Shown piece by piece: positions 46,701 to 56,159 of a stretch of DNA of 64,000 nt (positions are counted from its first letter, which is position 1; each line of letters begins with the position of its first letter). Where the stretch lies: NCBI GenBank assembly GCA_950097015.1, contig CATNEN010000039.1:17670001-17734000 (forward strand). The letters run 5' to 3'. Under the pieces are notes generated by a model. It was not told the origin of the DNA and made no database searches. It worked only from the letters and a program-made list of their open reading frames with translations. The position numbers and the translations under genes are program-made. The DNA comes from Macrostomum hystrix. Taxonomy: Eukaryota > Animalia > Platyhelminthes.

Positions 46701-49700
46701 GCTTCTTGTCAGTTGGCTGGGGCCACTCCCTGACTGCTTGAGTCTTCGCTGGGTCGGCTTCGATCCCCTTCGATGATACCACAAAACCAAGGAACCGGAC
46801 CTTTTCCTGGAACAGCTCGCACTTGGTAGGCTTTATTTTCAAGTTTGCCTTTCTTAGCTGCCAGAGAACAAGGGCCAAGTGCGCTATCATTTGATCGTTA
46901 TTTGAAGCCTTGATGATAATATCGTCTAGGTAAATTAAGCTCACTTTCATTAGGAGCGGTCTGAAGACTCGGTGCATAAGCCTAGCAAAGTTTGCTGGTG
47001 CAGTCTTAATGCCGAATGGCACCACTCTCCAGCGAAAGGTTCCCTGAGGACAAGTGAACGCAGTGATATCCCGATCCTCTTCCCGAACTCCGACCTGCCA
47101 ATAAGCAGATGTTAAATCAAGACTCGAAAAGACAGAAGATTGCGATAGACTATCGAACGATTCTTCGATAAGCGGAAGTGGAAATGAGCACGGCTTGATC
47201 AACTTGTTCACAGATCTGTAGTCGATGCAAAGCCGTTGCGTGCCATCCTTTTTTTTTACCAAGACAATTGGAGAAGACCACTCAGCGTCGCACTCCTCGA
47301 TCACTCCCTGTTCGAGCATCTGGGAGATCTGCTTATCAAGGAACTCTTTTTGAGCTGGAGTGGTGCGACGCGAGGGTAGCGAGACTGGGCGAGAGTTTTT
47401 GTCTACCAACTCGATCGGCATTTCAAACAGATCTGTCTTGCCTAAATCAGTATCAGACTGGGAGATACTGCTCATGAAATAATTCAGCAGACGAAGAGTA
47501 GTGCTCAACTGAGCTTGAGTAAGCTTAGTCTCGTCCAATCGGAACTGCTTCACCAGCCATGCCGCTGTGCCATTGTCCGGTGGTGGAAGCTTGGCGAGCT
47601 TGTTGTTCAACTGCGCTGCGCCGTCTATGGTGAAATCCTTCTCAGTGAGGCTGGTCTGAGCAACAACCTCGTCGTCACCAAGCTCTTTGAAAGAAGCAAT
47701 TTCATCACCCTTGTTGATTTTCGTGGTTTGATCACTACTGTTGAGCACTCTTACCAGGATATGACTCGTTTCGCTGACTCTATCGATGGACCTCGCTACA
47801 ACGTATTCAGAGTCTGAACTGAAAAGCTTAGCTGAAACCAGGCCACTAGCGTTGCGGACAGGATCGCGCACACAGCTTGGCACCAGGGTTTCTGATCGCG
47901 GGGGCAAGTCGACGCAGCAAGCGGCGGTGACTCGGCGCATCCGGAAGACGCCTCTGTCACCCTCTATGGTCGGAACTGGTTCACCTGCCACTGTGACGCG
48001 ACCATCGATGAAATCTAGATTGGCTTGAAAGTTGCGCAAGAAATCCATGCCAAGCAGGGCTTCAGCAGTGGACTCCTCGGTTACCAGGAAAGTCTGCTGT
48101 TTCACTAACTTCCCTAGCTGCACCTCGCAACGGAGAGCTCCTAAGATCTTGGTCTGCGAGCCGTTGAAAGCTGTTGCTGTGGCAACCTGACGAGCTGGCG
48201 TGAACGTGTTATTAATCGGATCAGCTGATACTAATCGCTCCATCGTGCGGCTGCCCATGACACTGGCGTTGGCACCTGAATCTAAGCAGCCCATGATAGT
48301 ACTGTCCCCAACTGTAAGCTGCACGAAGAAGCTAGAGTCTAACTTAAATTCGTCCCCAACATCGGACTGAGCACACTGAGCTCCTTTTGGTTGCGCCTGC
48401 TGTCTTACGTCACAGGCCTGGTCATGACTCTTGCCCGGATCAGTCTGGCGCCGGAAGCAGACTCGAGTTCCAACGAGCTGATGCTGCTCAGCAAGTTTTC
48501 GCAGCGAAGGTGCCAGTTCGCTGGCATGAACGAACAACTGCTCTTGCAGCTGCTCCGACTGAATAAAGCCGTAATTAGTTCGCCAAACTGTAACCGCGCC
48601 TGTCTCCTCCATGCGCTGGTTGTGATAATTAGGCTTCTGCTGGCTATTCGGTCTACTTGGTCTTCCAGACCCATTCTTAGCTGGCTCGGGGCAGTCAGCA
48701 ATCAAGTGGTCCTTAGCGCCACATCGATAGCAAGGCCTGGTCCTTGCATTGGTCTTCGGTTGGGCATAAGCTTGACGGGCACTGGCGACAGCCGTGTTGG
48801 TGAGTACCTTGGGTGCCGTTGGACCATCGCTAGCAAATCTTGGAGTCTGATGCTCTGCCTGCTGCTTACGGATCACTTCCTGCTGTTGCTGAACAAGCTT
48901 CTCCAGTTCCTTGACGCGGCTCTCAAGCGCGGTGGACTGCTCACTACTGACAGCTCTTAGTGGGGCATTGACCGATGGACGGAGAAGCTGGTGAACACCG
49001 ATCAGCTCCTTCGCCCGCCTCAGAAGATCAGCAGCCCTAACTCGATTTGACCTTTCCTGAACGTATAACAGAAGCTTTTCGGCTAAGGATTTGTCCCGCA
49101 AGCCATAGCAGAAGCGAGCGCGTATCAGAGGCTCAGCTTCCTCTGTCGACAGTGATGCAGAGTGGGCATAGCGGGTCAATCTGTCGAAGAATTCTGGAGT
49201 GGACTCAACATCGCCCTGCTGCGCTGCGATGAGCTCCATGTAGCTACGGTCTTTTAGATTCGCGTCGGTGTAACGTGACCGCAAGGCGTCTAGAGCATCA
49301 AGACAGTCCTTGCCTTTGCTGTTTAGTTGATTGGTCAGAAAGAATTCCTGACACTCTGGTGACAAAAGAGAAAGCAACACAGCTTGCCGCTGTTCGTGAG
49401 GGATCTGGTGAGCGTCCAGATAGGCAAGAAACTGAGCTTCCCAGACGGTGAAGTTCATTCCAGCGCTGTATGGCTGAGGAGGACGCAGGCGAACCGCGCT
49501 GCTTGCTGGCGGTCTGTCCAGCACATTTCTGGGTTTCGGATTGTTGACAGATGAAAGAGTCTGCTCTAAGAGCTGTTGCAGAGATGACAAGACTGATGCT
49601 AATGGCGCGCTAGCAGAATCAGAGAGCTCAACCTTTACTGGTATAGAGCCAGCTCCAGTCGAGATTCCAGCAGCGCCGCCAGCATCTTGAGCCTCTGACT

Positions 49701-49755
49701 TGGATGCAGTCGATGCTCCATTGGGCGACGACTCCTCATCTCCTGATCCTAGCAT
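43765..49755 (-). CDS. gag-pol: Single-frame Gag-Pol polyprotein: capsid - CCHC - cold-shock domain - PR - RT - RNase H - IN
   Basis: CYRCGAKDHLIADC; CSD YGFI and LFVH; protease LDSGA; RT VPFG and YLDD; RNase H DCDSS and RELL; integrase H-H-C-C, DHAG, TDNG and KAER; tail TRAGREVRKPARF. Confidence 0.97.
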   Translation of the reverse strand: MLGSGDEESSPNGASTASKSEAQDAGGAAGISTGAGSIPVKVELSDSASAPLASVLSSLQQLLEQTLSSVNNPKPRNVLDRPPASSAVRLRPPQPYSAGMNFTVWEAQFLAYLDAHQIPHEQRQAVLLSLLSPECQEFFLTNQLNSKGKDCLDALDALRSRYTDANLKDRSYMELIAAQQGDVESTPEFFDRLTRYAHSASLSTEEAEPLIRARFCYGLRDKSLAEKLLLYVQERSNRVRAADLLRRAKELIGVHQLLRPSVNAPLRAVSSEQSTALESRVKELEKLVQQQQEVIRKQQAEHQTPRFASDGPTAPKVLTNTAVASARQAYAQPKTNARTRPCYRCGAKDHLIADCPEPAKNGSGRPSRPNSQQKPNYHNQRMEETGAVTVWRTNYGFIQSEQLQEQLFVHASELAPSLRKLAEQHQLVGTRVCFRRQTDPGKSHDQACDVRQQAQPKGAQCAQSDVGDEFKLDSSFFVQLTVGDSTIMGCLDSGANASVMGSRTMERLVSADPINNTFTPARQVATATAFNGSQTKILGALRCEVQLGKLVKQQTFLVTEESTAEALLGMDFLRNFQANLDFIDGRVTVAGEPVPTIEGDRGVFRMRRVTAACCVDLPPRSETLVPSCVRDPVRNASGLVSAKLFSSDSEYVVARSIDRVSETSHILVRVLNSSDQTTKINKGDEIASFKELGDDEVVAQTSLTEKDFTIDGAAQLNNKLAKLPPPDNGTAAWLVKQFRLDETKLTQAQLSTTLRLLNYFMSSISQSDTDLGKTDLFEMPIELVDKNSRPVSLPSRRTTPAQKEFLDKQISQMLEQGVIEECDAEWSSPIVLVKKKDGTQRLCIDYRSVNKLIKPCSFPLPLIEESFDSLSQSSVFSSLDLTSAYWQVGVREEDRDITAFTCPQGTFRWRVVPFGIKTAPANFARLMHRVFRPLLMKVSLIYLDDIIIKASNNDQMIAHLALVLWQLRKANLKIKPTKCELFQEKVRFLGFVVSSKGIEADPAKTQAVREWPQPTDKKQLLSFLGFANYYRKFVPRFSIIATPLYALARGPEKFQWLESHDRAFTELKRCLCAPPVLAYPDLSPGSRNFVLDCDSSLEGVGGVLSQEGAEGDEHVVAYASKKFSASQRNYCATMRELLGLVLMLEHFRHYLLDKPFIVRSDAAALQWLHSKKHATGMLAQWLTIIELFDFKVEQSALERMAEYDFKVVYRPGLSHVNADLLSRNPRFRADHFDCPTCSTIPDFQQKFHPKKQTKPEVGIQPAACAVACQIEVYSLAADVGCQTESEVGIAWNGGPGDAGLSGTSDPTVTEQPVAVTTSDPPSTGRLPSASLSGVSSEPSDDDDPSELSDEWVREAQESCVDFAQLIDTVEGRREKPTKAELQGCSRELRILWSQLDELVVHQGFLYRNKPAKKNKPAQRVLVIPETAEVCELVARYHRELNHCGVTKTTQAIKSRFQISDLETYVRGILAECEVCARTKKCKIKNKEPMKPTLAGFPNQVVHIDHAGPFPDQNGLKYLLVMVDRFTGFVEIAPVTDVSAETTATVLLSEWIARYGAMEQLVTDNGTAFINHVMAELTRLLEIDMLRITARRPQANGKAERMIQTIKAQIRAVCLERQFDWPLAARLTTLSIRATVAESTGFSPAKLFLGRELNLPLDLVFNPPRQDRYRPESYAHYLHKSLVEISAMARHIRGKAQQRQKKYYDRNAIHSNFEVGELVWVLNPSHKGLDTAVWLGPYKVIQKLSERNYRLIPEFARWNPYEKVPNPSHNVYNVDRMKRCVRKATYQEVSDRYGMPVAARLPSSRLGQGDRQSGWQSSLESQSMAETPYPWRPAHALQSALSTTTSDAPVVDQNPTPACETVSESTQSESTVPQVDEAGAEDVPAEQAQSVGGEQVEAVLPEVEPQPVVQADPPGGEENTGSPGSHRSISSESADSSATASSEHAEEGEQLELENPEARAEQPLPAAEVGYTTRAGREVRKPARFRRWLLDVCKKSK
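48403..48612 (-). other. Cold-shock (CSD/OB-fold) domain within Gag-Pol, aa ~382-451
   Basis: ETGAVTVWRTNYGFIQSEQLQEQLFVHASEL...LVGTRVCF...DPGKSHDQACDVR matches the CSD pattern G-x-V-x-x-W..YGFI..LFVHxSxL..LxxGxxVxF..AxxV. Confidence 0.85.
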
Positions 49756-50450
49756 GCCTGGCTTGATGGTGATAAGGACGAAGAAGAAAAAGGAACAAGA
49801 TGAAGCACGAAAACAAAGAGATGACGATCACGCAAATGTTCGACGGGGGGCACAGATCCCGGAAGGCCTAAGTTCCTAATCACGCAAACTACCCAAAAGC
49901 TAACCGTCGAACAAAAGTCCCTAGTGAAAGTGACCGGAAAGCTCACCCAAGCTTTGCACGCAAGTCCAAGCAGCACGGGACGAGCCACCCAGCAGCCGCG
50001 AAACAGCCCAGGAGAAGCGCAGATCAGCCAAGCCGCCGCGAAGAAGCCGCCGAAGACTCCAGCAGCCGCCGACACCGTCCAGCCGCGCTCTGCAGTCACC
50101 GGTTGTCGAGCGCCTGCTGCTGCCGGATCGCCGACTTACACCGCAGTCCTGGCTGTAGAGTGTTGACTTGCAGGTGGGGCCGCTGTTGTCGCAGGCGAGA
50201 GGCGCTGGGCTGAGGTACTGACTTCTGAGACTGGTGCGATGCAGCCACTGAGGTGAAGAGCCTAGCCTGAGGCGCTGGCAACAGAGGCACTGAAGCGTAG
50301 AGAAGTGTTGGTCACAGGGGCAAAGATATGCGCTGCAGAAGTGCTGAACAAGCAGAAGTGCTATTGTAGTGCTGTGCCAGTTCTAAGGTGCCATTTTCTA
50401 TTGCAGTATTGGGCTGATGGCGTGGTGTCTAGCAGTTTATTGCGCCCGAA

Positions 50451-50533
50451 TTCCAGTGGTTGAAATGGTGATTGCTGAGTACTGAATTGCGAATTCCGAG
50501 ATCCGAGTTCGGTTCTTCGAGGTGGGACCTCCA
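50451..50533 (-). promoter_or_regulatory. tRNA-Gln primer-binding site with extended complementarity
   Basis: The + strand reads like a degenerate tRNA-Gln ending in GGTGGGACCT-CCA. Confidence 0.75.
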
Positions 50534-50540
50534 CAAATTA

Positions 50541-51100
50541 TGTGACGATAAGCAATGGCGAACGTGTAGCGGTATATTTGTTCTTCAATTTACGTTAGAT
50601 TATTAGATTGACAAATTATTAGACAGTGCGACAACTTATGTGACGATAAGCAATGGCGAACGTGTAGCGGTATATTTGTTCTTCAATTTACGTTAGATTA
50701 TTAGATTGACAAATTATTAGACAGTGCGACAACTTATGTGACGATAAGCAATGGCGAACGTGTAGCGGTATTTTATTTTTTTTTAGCTTCGATATTAAAT
50801 TATTAATTATTGAGATTAGTAGACAGTGCGCGGCCGTTGGTTACTATAAAGTCTGAGATGCACTGCCAGCGCCCGCGCTTTAAGGGTTCGCGATTGCTTC
50901 GCTCTTTTTAAAAGTCTTCAAAATTTGTGCAATGTAAAACAAATTTAAAGTGCAAATTCTCAAGTACTGCAGATAAATAAATTAGCAGATAACTTTACTG
51001 ACCTAACTGATACAAAAATTAACCTCAATGTCATAGTACACAGACTTGCAACTTTATCAACGACAACAACAACAAAAAAATATGACTTCACGACGTCACA
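50541..51100 (-). repeat. 5' LTR of element B
   Basis: Matches 42312-42871. Confidence 0.95.
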
Positions 51101-51652
51101 ATAGCTTTGGACATTTTTCTAATGATCATGCCTTAGAAAAATCTAAATGAAAACAATTTCTTTTGTAAAAAATCAGTTATAAAACCTATATTGAGATAAA
51201 CATACAGATTTGCTTAAAAAATAAAAACAACAAAATTGGCATCAGAGTATATTTAAAGTTATTTAAAAAAGTAAAAAAGAGTTTATAGGCTATACACTAG
51301 CTAAATACCAAGTTTATACTTTTTGCCTTATTACTTATACCAGTCTTTAAGATACTAAAACAGCTCAAAACTTTAGTAATATGGTAAGAACATTATTAAA
51401 AATAGATAAAAATATTAATACAACTAGTCTAACCATGCAGTTAAAAACCAGAGACCAAAAGCATGACATAGTCCTATAAAGCAAGGATATAGGCCTTGGC
51501 CTATACCTAGGATAGGCCTAGTTGGCATGCCAGCCAGCCAGCCTAGCCCCTTTCTTTAATTCAAACACAGAAATGTATTGTTAGAAACTAGCTAGCCAGG
51601 AAAAAAATAATAGAGTTCGATTTGAAATCAGACCCACTACCAATAAAAATTT

Positions 51653-52096
51653 GGTACCTGGACATTTTGTCATCTTACAACTTCGTCATCCAAATGACAA
51701 TCTGTCTAATATCTCAGAGGGTGGATTACGAAGAGACTTAGACTTGTGGACACTTTGTCATCTATAAAACAAAAGTTTTCAAAGTTAGAACAGAACCACC
51801 CCTCCCCACCTCCTCACATCGTGTTGGCACCTATCTTTCAACTCTTATAATGAAATCAGTTTTGACACCTCTTTTTGACAATTTAGAGTGTGAAGTGTGT
51901 TCACACCTCTGCCCCACCACCCCACCCTCACTTTATTGATGACGAACTTGATTGCTTGTTATTAGGCCTAGTAGATGACGAACTGACCAAACTTTAATGC
52001 ATGCCAATTGGCTGGATGACGAAGTGTCCTACCTTCCAAGTGGATGATGAAGTTGTAAGATGACGAAGTTGTAAGATGACAAAGTGTCTAGGATCC
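51653..52096. mobile_element. MITE with GG-terminated TIRs and 8-bp TSD
   Basis: TIR GGTACCTGGACATTTTGTCATCTTACAACTTCGTCATC vs GGATCCTAGACACTTTGTCATCTTACAACTTCGTCATC; AAAAATTT at 51645-51652 and 52097-52104. Confidence 0.85.
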
Positions 52097-54282
52097 AAAA
52101 ATTTAAGGCCTAAGTTGACTTAAAACTTTACAAGCACAGACATTAGTGATATGCCCCTACACTAACTGAACTTAGTGACAATAGGTATAAATTGTAAATT
52201 TACTTGGGATGGCATATTGGTTAGTTTGCAAACCTAAACAAAAAAATGTGATGAGAATTTAGGCTAGCTATAGCCTAGTATAGGCAAATAACTAGAGTTA
52301 GTAAGTTAAGCTAAGCCTAAATTTAAAGTAAGTAGGGATAAAATGTAAACATTCGTAATATTAGAAATAAGTTAGCACACCAAGATTAAGGCTTCTAATA
52401 ACAATGAAAAAAAAACATAAACTGCAAGTTACTGACATTTTTATTGAGCTTGTCAGCTGATTATAAACTGAAGAACGAACAACGAGGAGGATATAGGATA
52501 TTAAAACCGCTATCCGCTTACAAAAAAACAATTTTCTGCGCTTTTAAAAGTCATGAAGAAGCCGGTCAGGTAAATCAAAGCAACTAGTGTTTAAAAGACA
52601 AAATAGGCTTCTTATTAATGAAGTTAGCTTTTCAGATATAAGAAGTGTAGCTATTATTTTAAATTTATAGTTTGTCTTGTCTTCTTGCCTATTGCTTTCT
52701 GGACGAACAACTTTATGAATTATAATGCCGTCTGACCAATATTACACGAGACAGAAGTTGAAATTGGAAAATTCCATTTTCATTAAAGTAACCCGAGCAT
52801 GTACTAAAATCCAAAAACATTTCACTCATAACAATTAATACATAATATGAACATTGGGGGCAGCATGACCCAGAAAAATCTGACTCAAATTCACTGTTAT
52901 ATCCTATAACACATGCCTTACTCTGTCGTCAGCCTGTCCCACTTACGACTTCCAGACGTAAAGTGCTCGGAGTCTTGACAGCTGCGAGATATATCATATA
53001 TTGGCAGCTATGCGTGAATGAAATCACAGCCACTTGATTCACACGCACTGTGGACCGAATTCTAACTGAAACAAGCATTGTAGGAGTGCTGGGATCAAAC
53101 ATGCAGGAAGAGTACACGGGAATGGAATTGGATTGATAGCATTACTATGGATAAAGGAATAAAAATGTATTCTTAAACGATCGTGTGCTTAAGGTAATAC
53201 AACAATGCATGGATTACTTAAATAATATAGGCCACTGACGAAGGAAAACAAGTGAACATAAAACATAAAAAAGTTTTTCTAATAGGACAAATTTTTTTCG
53301 GTTATATTATTTCGGAAGCAATTAAATTAAAAAATATCAGAACATAGAATGGAAGCAATATAAAAGCAACAATCCCCAACCAGACTGACAAAAAAAATGA
53401 ATCAAAAATCAGTACATACTACTTCTTGATAGTGACACTAGTAATATCCAAACACCCGAAAAATTCATCCATTTATCTAAAATTCCTAAAAGATCCAAAT
53501 ATGCTTATATCCCAAGACTGAGAGCGTATAGAGATCGTGAGAATCGCAGCTATAATCGCAGCTACAAAGACATCCTGTCTGTGGCCCACAGCAGCTGATG
53601 CATGAAGAATCTTTCTCTGGAATCGTAGCTGGAAAAGTAACTTTCTCTGGAATCGCAGCAAGATTAGAACTCTATTTAGAATATGCAGCTGCAGTAGACT
53701 GCATAACTTGCCATAACTTTATATAGAACAGCAGTTGGAAAAGCAATGTAAAGTAGAGATCTAGTCAAATAAAGAAAAATATCATATCTATATAGATTCT
53801 CAGCTAGACAAGACTAAAATCATACCTAAAGAACTTAAGAAAGAGTAAGTCAGCGTCTACTAATTAATTTATTAATCAGATGAAGTTCTTTTCTGATCCG
53901 CTCAGCGTGAGACAGAAAAGCCGTTAGTTCGTTAGCATATAGTAGCTAAGCAACACAGGTGTGAGTCCGTAGCAACATAGCGGATAAAAAGCGCAGAAGT
54001 CGTGCATAATTGCTTGCTTGCACAGCTCAGAAGCGAGTTGGGTTGAGTGGACTGGCTGGGAAGCAGAGCTTGGGATGTCTGAAGATTAGCCAACCGGGAA
54101 ATATGCAATTAGCAAATGCGGAGCAAAGTGCAGAGCAGCAAATATATATTTGACCGAAAAAGAATACACAATTGCTAAAAAATAATATATTTTAACTCAT
54201 CGAAACATGTTTTCTCAATCAAGAAAACATCCATTCAGCATTGAAAACAAAAAGAAAAAAATGCGCTCCGTAATTGCTTTCT

Positions 54283-55420
54283 CCCAGATCCCAGATCCTA
54301 GATCCCGGATCCTAGATCCCAAATCCTAGATCCCAGATCCTATAGATCCCATATCCTATAGATTTCAGATCTTATAGATCCCCAATCTTTTAGATCCCAG
54401 ATCCTAGATCCCAGATCCTATAGATCCAAGATCCTATAGATCCCAGATCCTATAAATCCCATATCCTAGACCCCAGATTCTAGATCCCAGATCCTAGATC
54501 CCAGATCCTATAGATCCCAGATCCTAGATAAAAGATCCTAGATCCCAGATCCTAGATCCCAGATCCTAGATCCCAGATCCTAGATCCCAGATCCTAGATC
54601 CCAGATCCTAGATCCCAGATCCTAGATCCCAGATACTAGATCCCAGATCCTAGATCCCAGATCCTAGATCCCAGATCCTAGATCCCAGATCCTAGATCCC
54701 AGATCCTAGATCCCAGATCCTAGATCCCAGATCCTAGATCCCAGATCCTAGACCCCAGATCCTAGATCCCAGATCCTAGATCCCAGATCCTAGATCCCAG
54801 ATCCTAGATCCCAGATCCTAGATCCCAGATCCTAGATCCCAGATCCTAGATCCCAGATCCTATAGATCCCATATCCTATAGATTCCAGATCTTATAGATC
54901 CCCGATCCTTTAGATCCCAGATCCTATAGATCCCAGATCCTAGATCCCAGATCCTATAGATCCCAGATCCTATAAATCCCAGATCCTAGATCCCAGATCC
55001 TAGATCCCAGATCCTAGATCCCAGATCCTAGATCCCAGATCCTAGATCCCAGATCCTAGATCCCAGATCCTAGATCCCAGATCCTAGATCCCAGATCCTA
55101 GATCCCAGATCCTAGATCCCAGATCCTAGATCCCAGATCCTAGATCCCAGATCCTAGATCCCAGATCCTAGATCCCAGATCCTAGATCCCAGATCCTAGA
55201 TCCCAGATCCTAGATCCCAGATCATAGATCCCAGATCCTAGATCCCAGATCCTAGATTCCAGATCCTAGATCCCAGATCCTAGATCCCAGATCCTAGATC
55301 CCAGATCCTAGATCCCAGATCCTAGATCCCAGATCCTAGATCCTAGATCCTAGATCCCAGATCCTAGATCCTAGATCCTAGATCCCAGATCCTAGATCCC
55401 AGATCCTAGATCCCAGATCC
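54283..55420. repeat. 14/16-bp satellite (GATCCCAGATCCTA[TA])
   Basis: About 80 copies. Confidence 0.95.
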
Positions 55421-56159
55421 ATTTGCTAAGCACTTCAGTTTAGAAAGGAATATTTTCCCATAAAATATGTCGCAAATAAAAATTGTGTTTTTCCAGTATT
55501 TTTTTCACCTTCTCGAATTCAATAATAACTTGATGAAGAGCATCAGCTGCCTCAGGTCAGGTAAGTTAATCTGTGGCACGTTTTTTAAATCCTAAATGTT
55601 TCACGAAGTCAAGAAGAAGTAACACTTTCGAAGTGGTGTCAAGCTTTGCATTACTCTGCTTGATCGAAAGGCATTTTTTCATTATAAATCTTTTTCAAGC
55701 CCTATCTTACCTGTTTCTGCCTGCCTCGTGACTCTACCATTCTGCTTTTGAGCAAGTGAGCAAATCGATACGAGGTACCTGAGCTGAGTAGGTCTTTTTT
55801 CTCCAGCTTCAAGATCAAAGGCTATTGACCGAATTGCTATTAACCAACCCGACCCAATCTGAGCAGGCTATTCCAATGGTTTTTATCTCTTTTGATCTTT
55901 CACTGGGTAGGGGTTGTCAAAAAGCACCGATAAAATGCTTATCAAGTCGTCAATATGACTTTTTTCAGCCTAGATTAGTGATCCTCAGTGTCCTACACTG
56001 TCCCTTCGGATGAATTATCAGAAAGTACCGATTTATCGTGCAAATCCTGCTTGTTGATTCGGCAGATATTTTGCTTCAACTGAAATAGACGAACTGAATA
56101 TTTGATAAAAGTGTATTTTCAAACGAATCCATATTTCTCATTCATCTGATTTATTATTT

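Larger units (their letters stand above)
42312..51100 (-). mobile_element. Complete Ty3/gypsy LTR retrotransposon (element B, 8789 bp) encoding a cold-shock domain
   Basis: 560-bp LTRs (TGTGACG...CGTCACA) at 42312-42871 and 50541-51100, identical by inspection; TSD ATAG (42308-42311 / 51101-51104); PPT GGAGAGGAGGCGGG at 42885-42872; PBS TGGAGGTCCCACC (tRNA-Gln type) at 50533-50521; single 1996-aa ORF. Confidence 0.97.

Noticed and set aside
49749-50290. Hydrophobic upstream ORFs in the element B leader
   Set aside because: No ATG, short, GC-rich; no supporting motif.
50451-50533. Functional tRNA-Gln gene on the + strand
   Set aside because: Insertions disrupt the T loop and anticodon arm and CCA is encoded; it is the element's primer-binding region.
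52919-53070. Possible isolated minus-strand exon (TTTCAG ... GTAAGT)
   Set aside because: One open frame but no recognisable protein and no partner exons.
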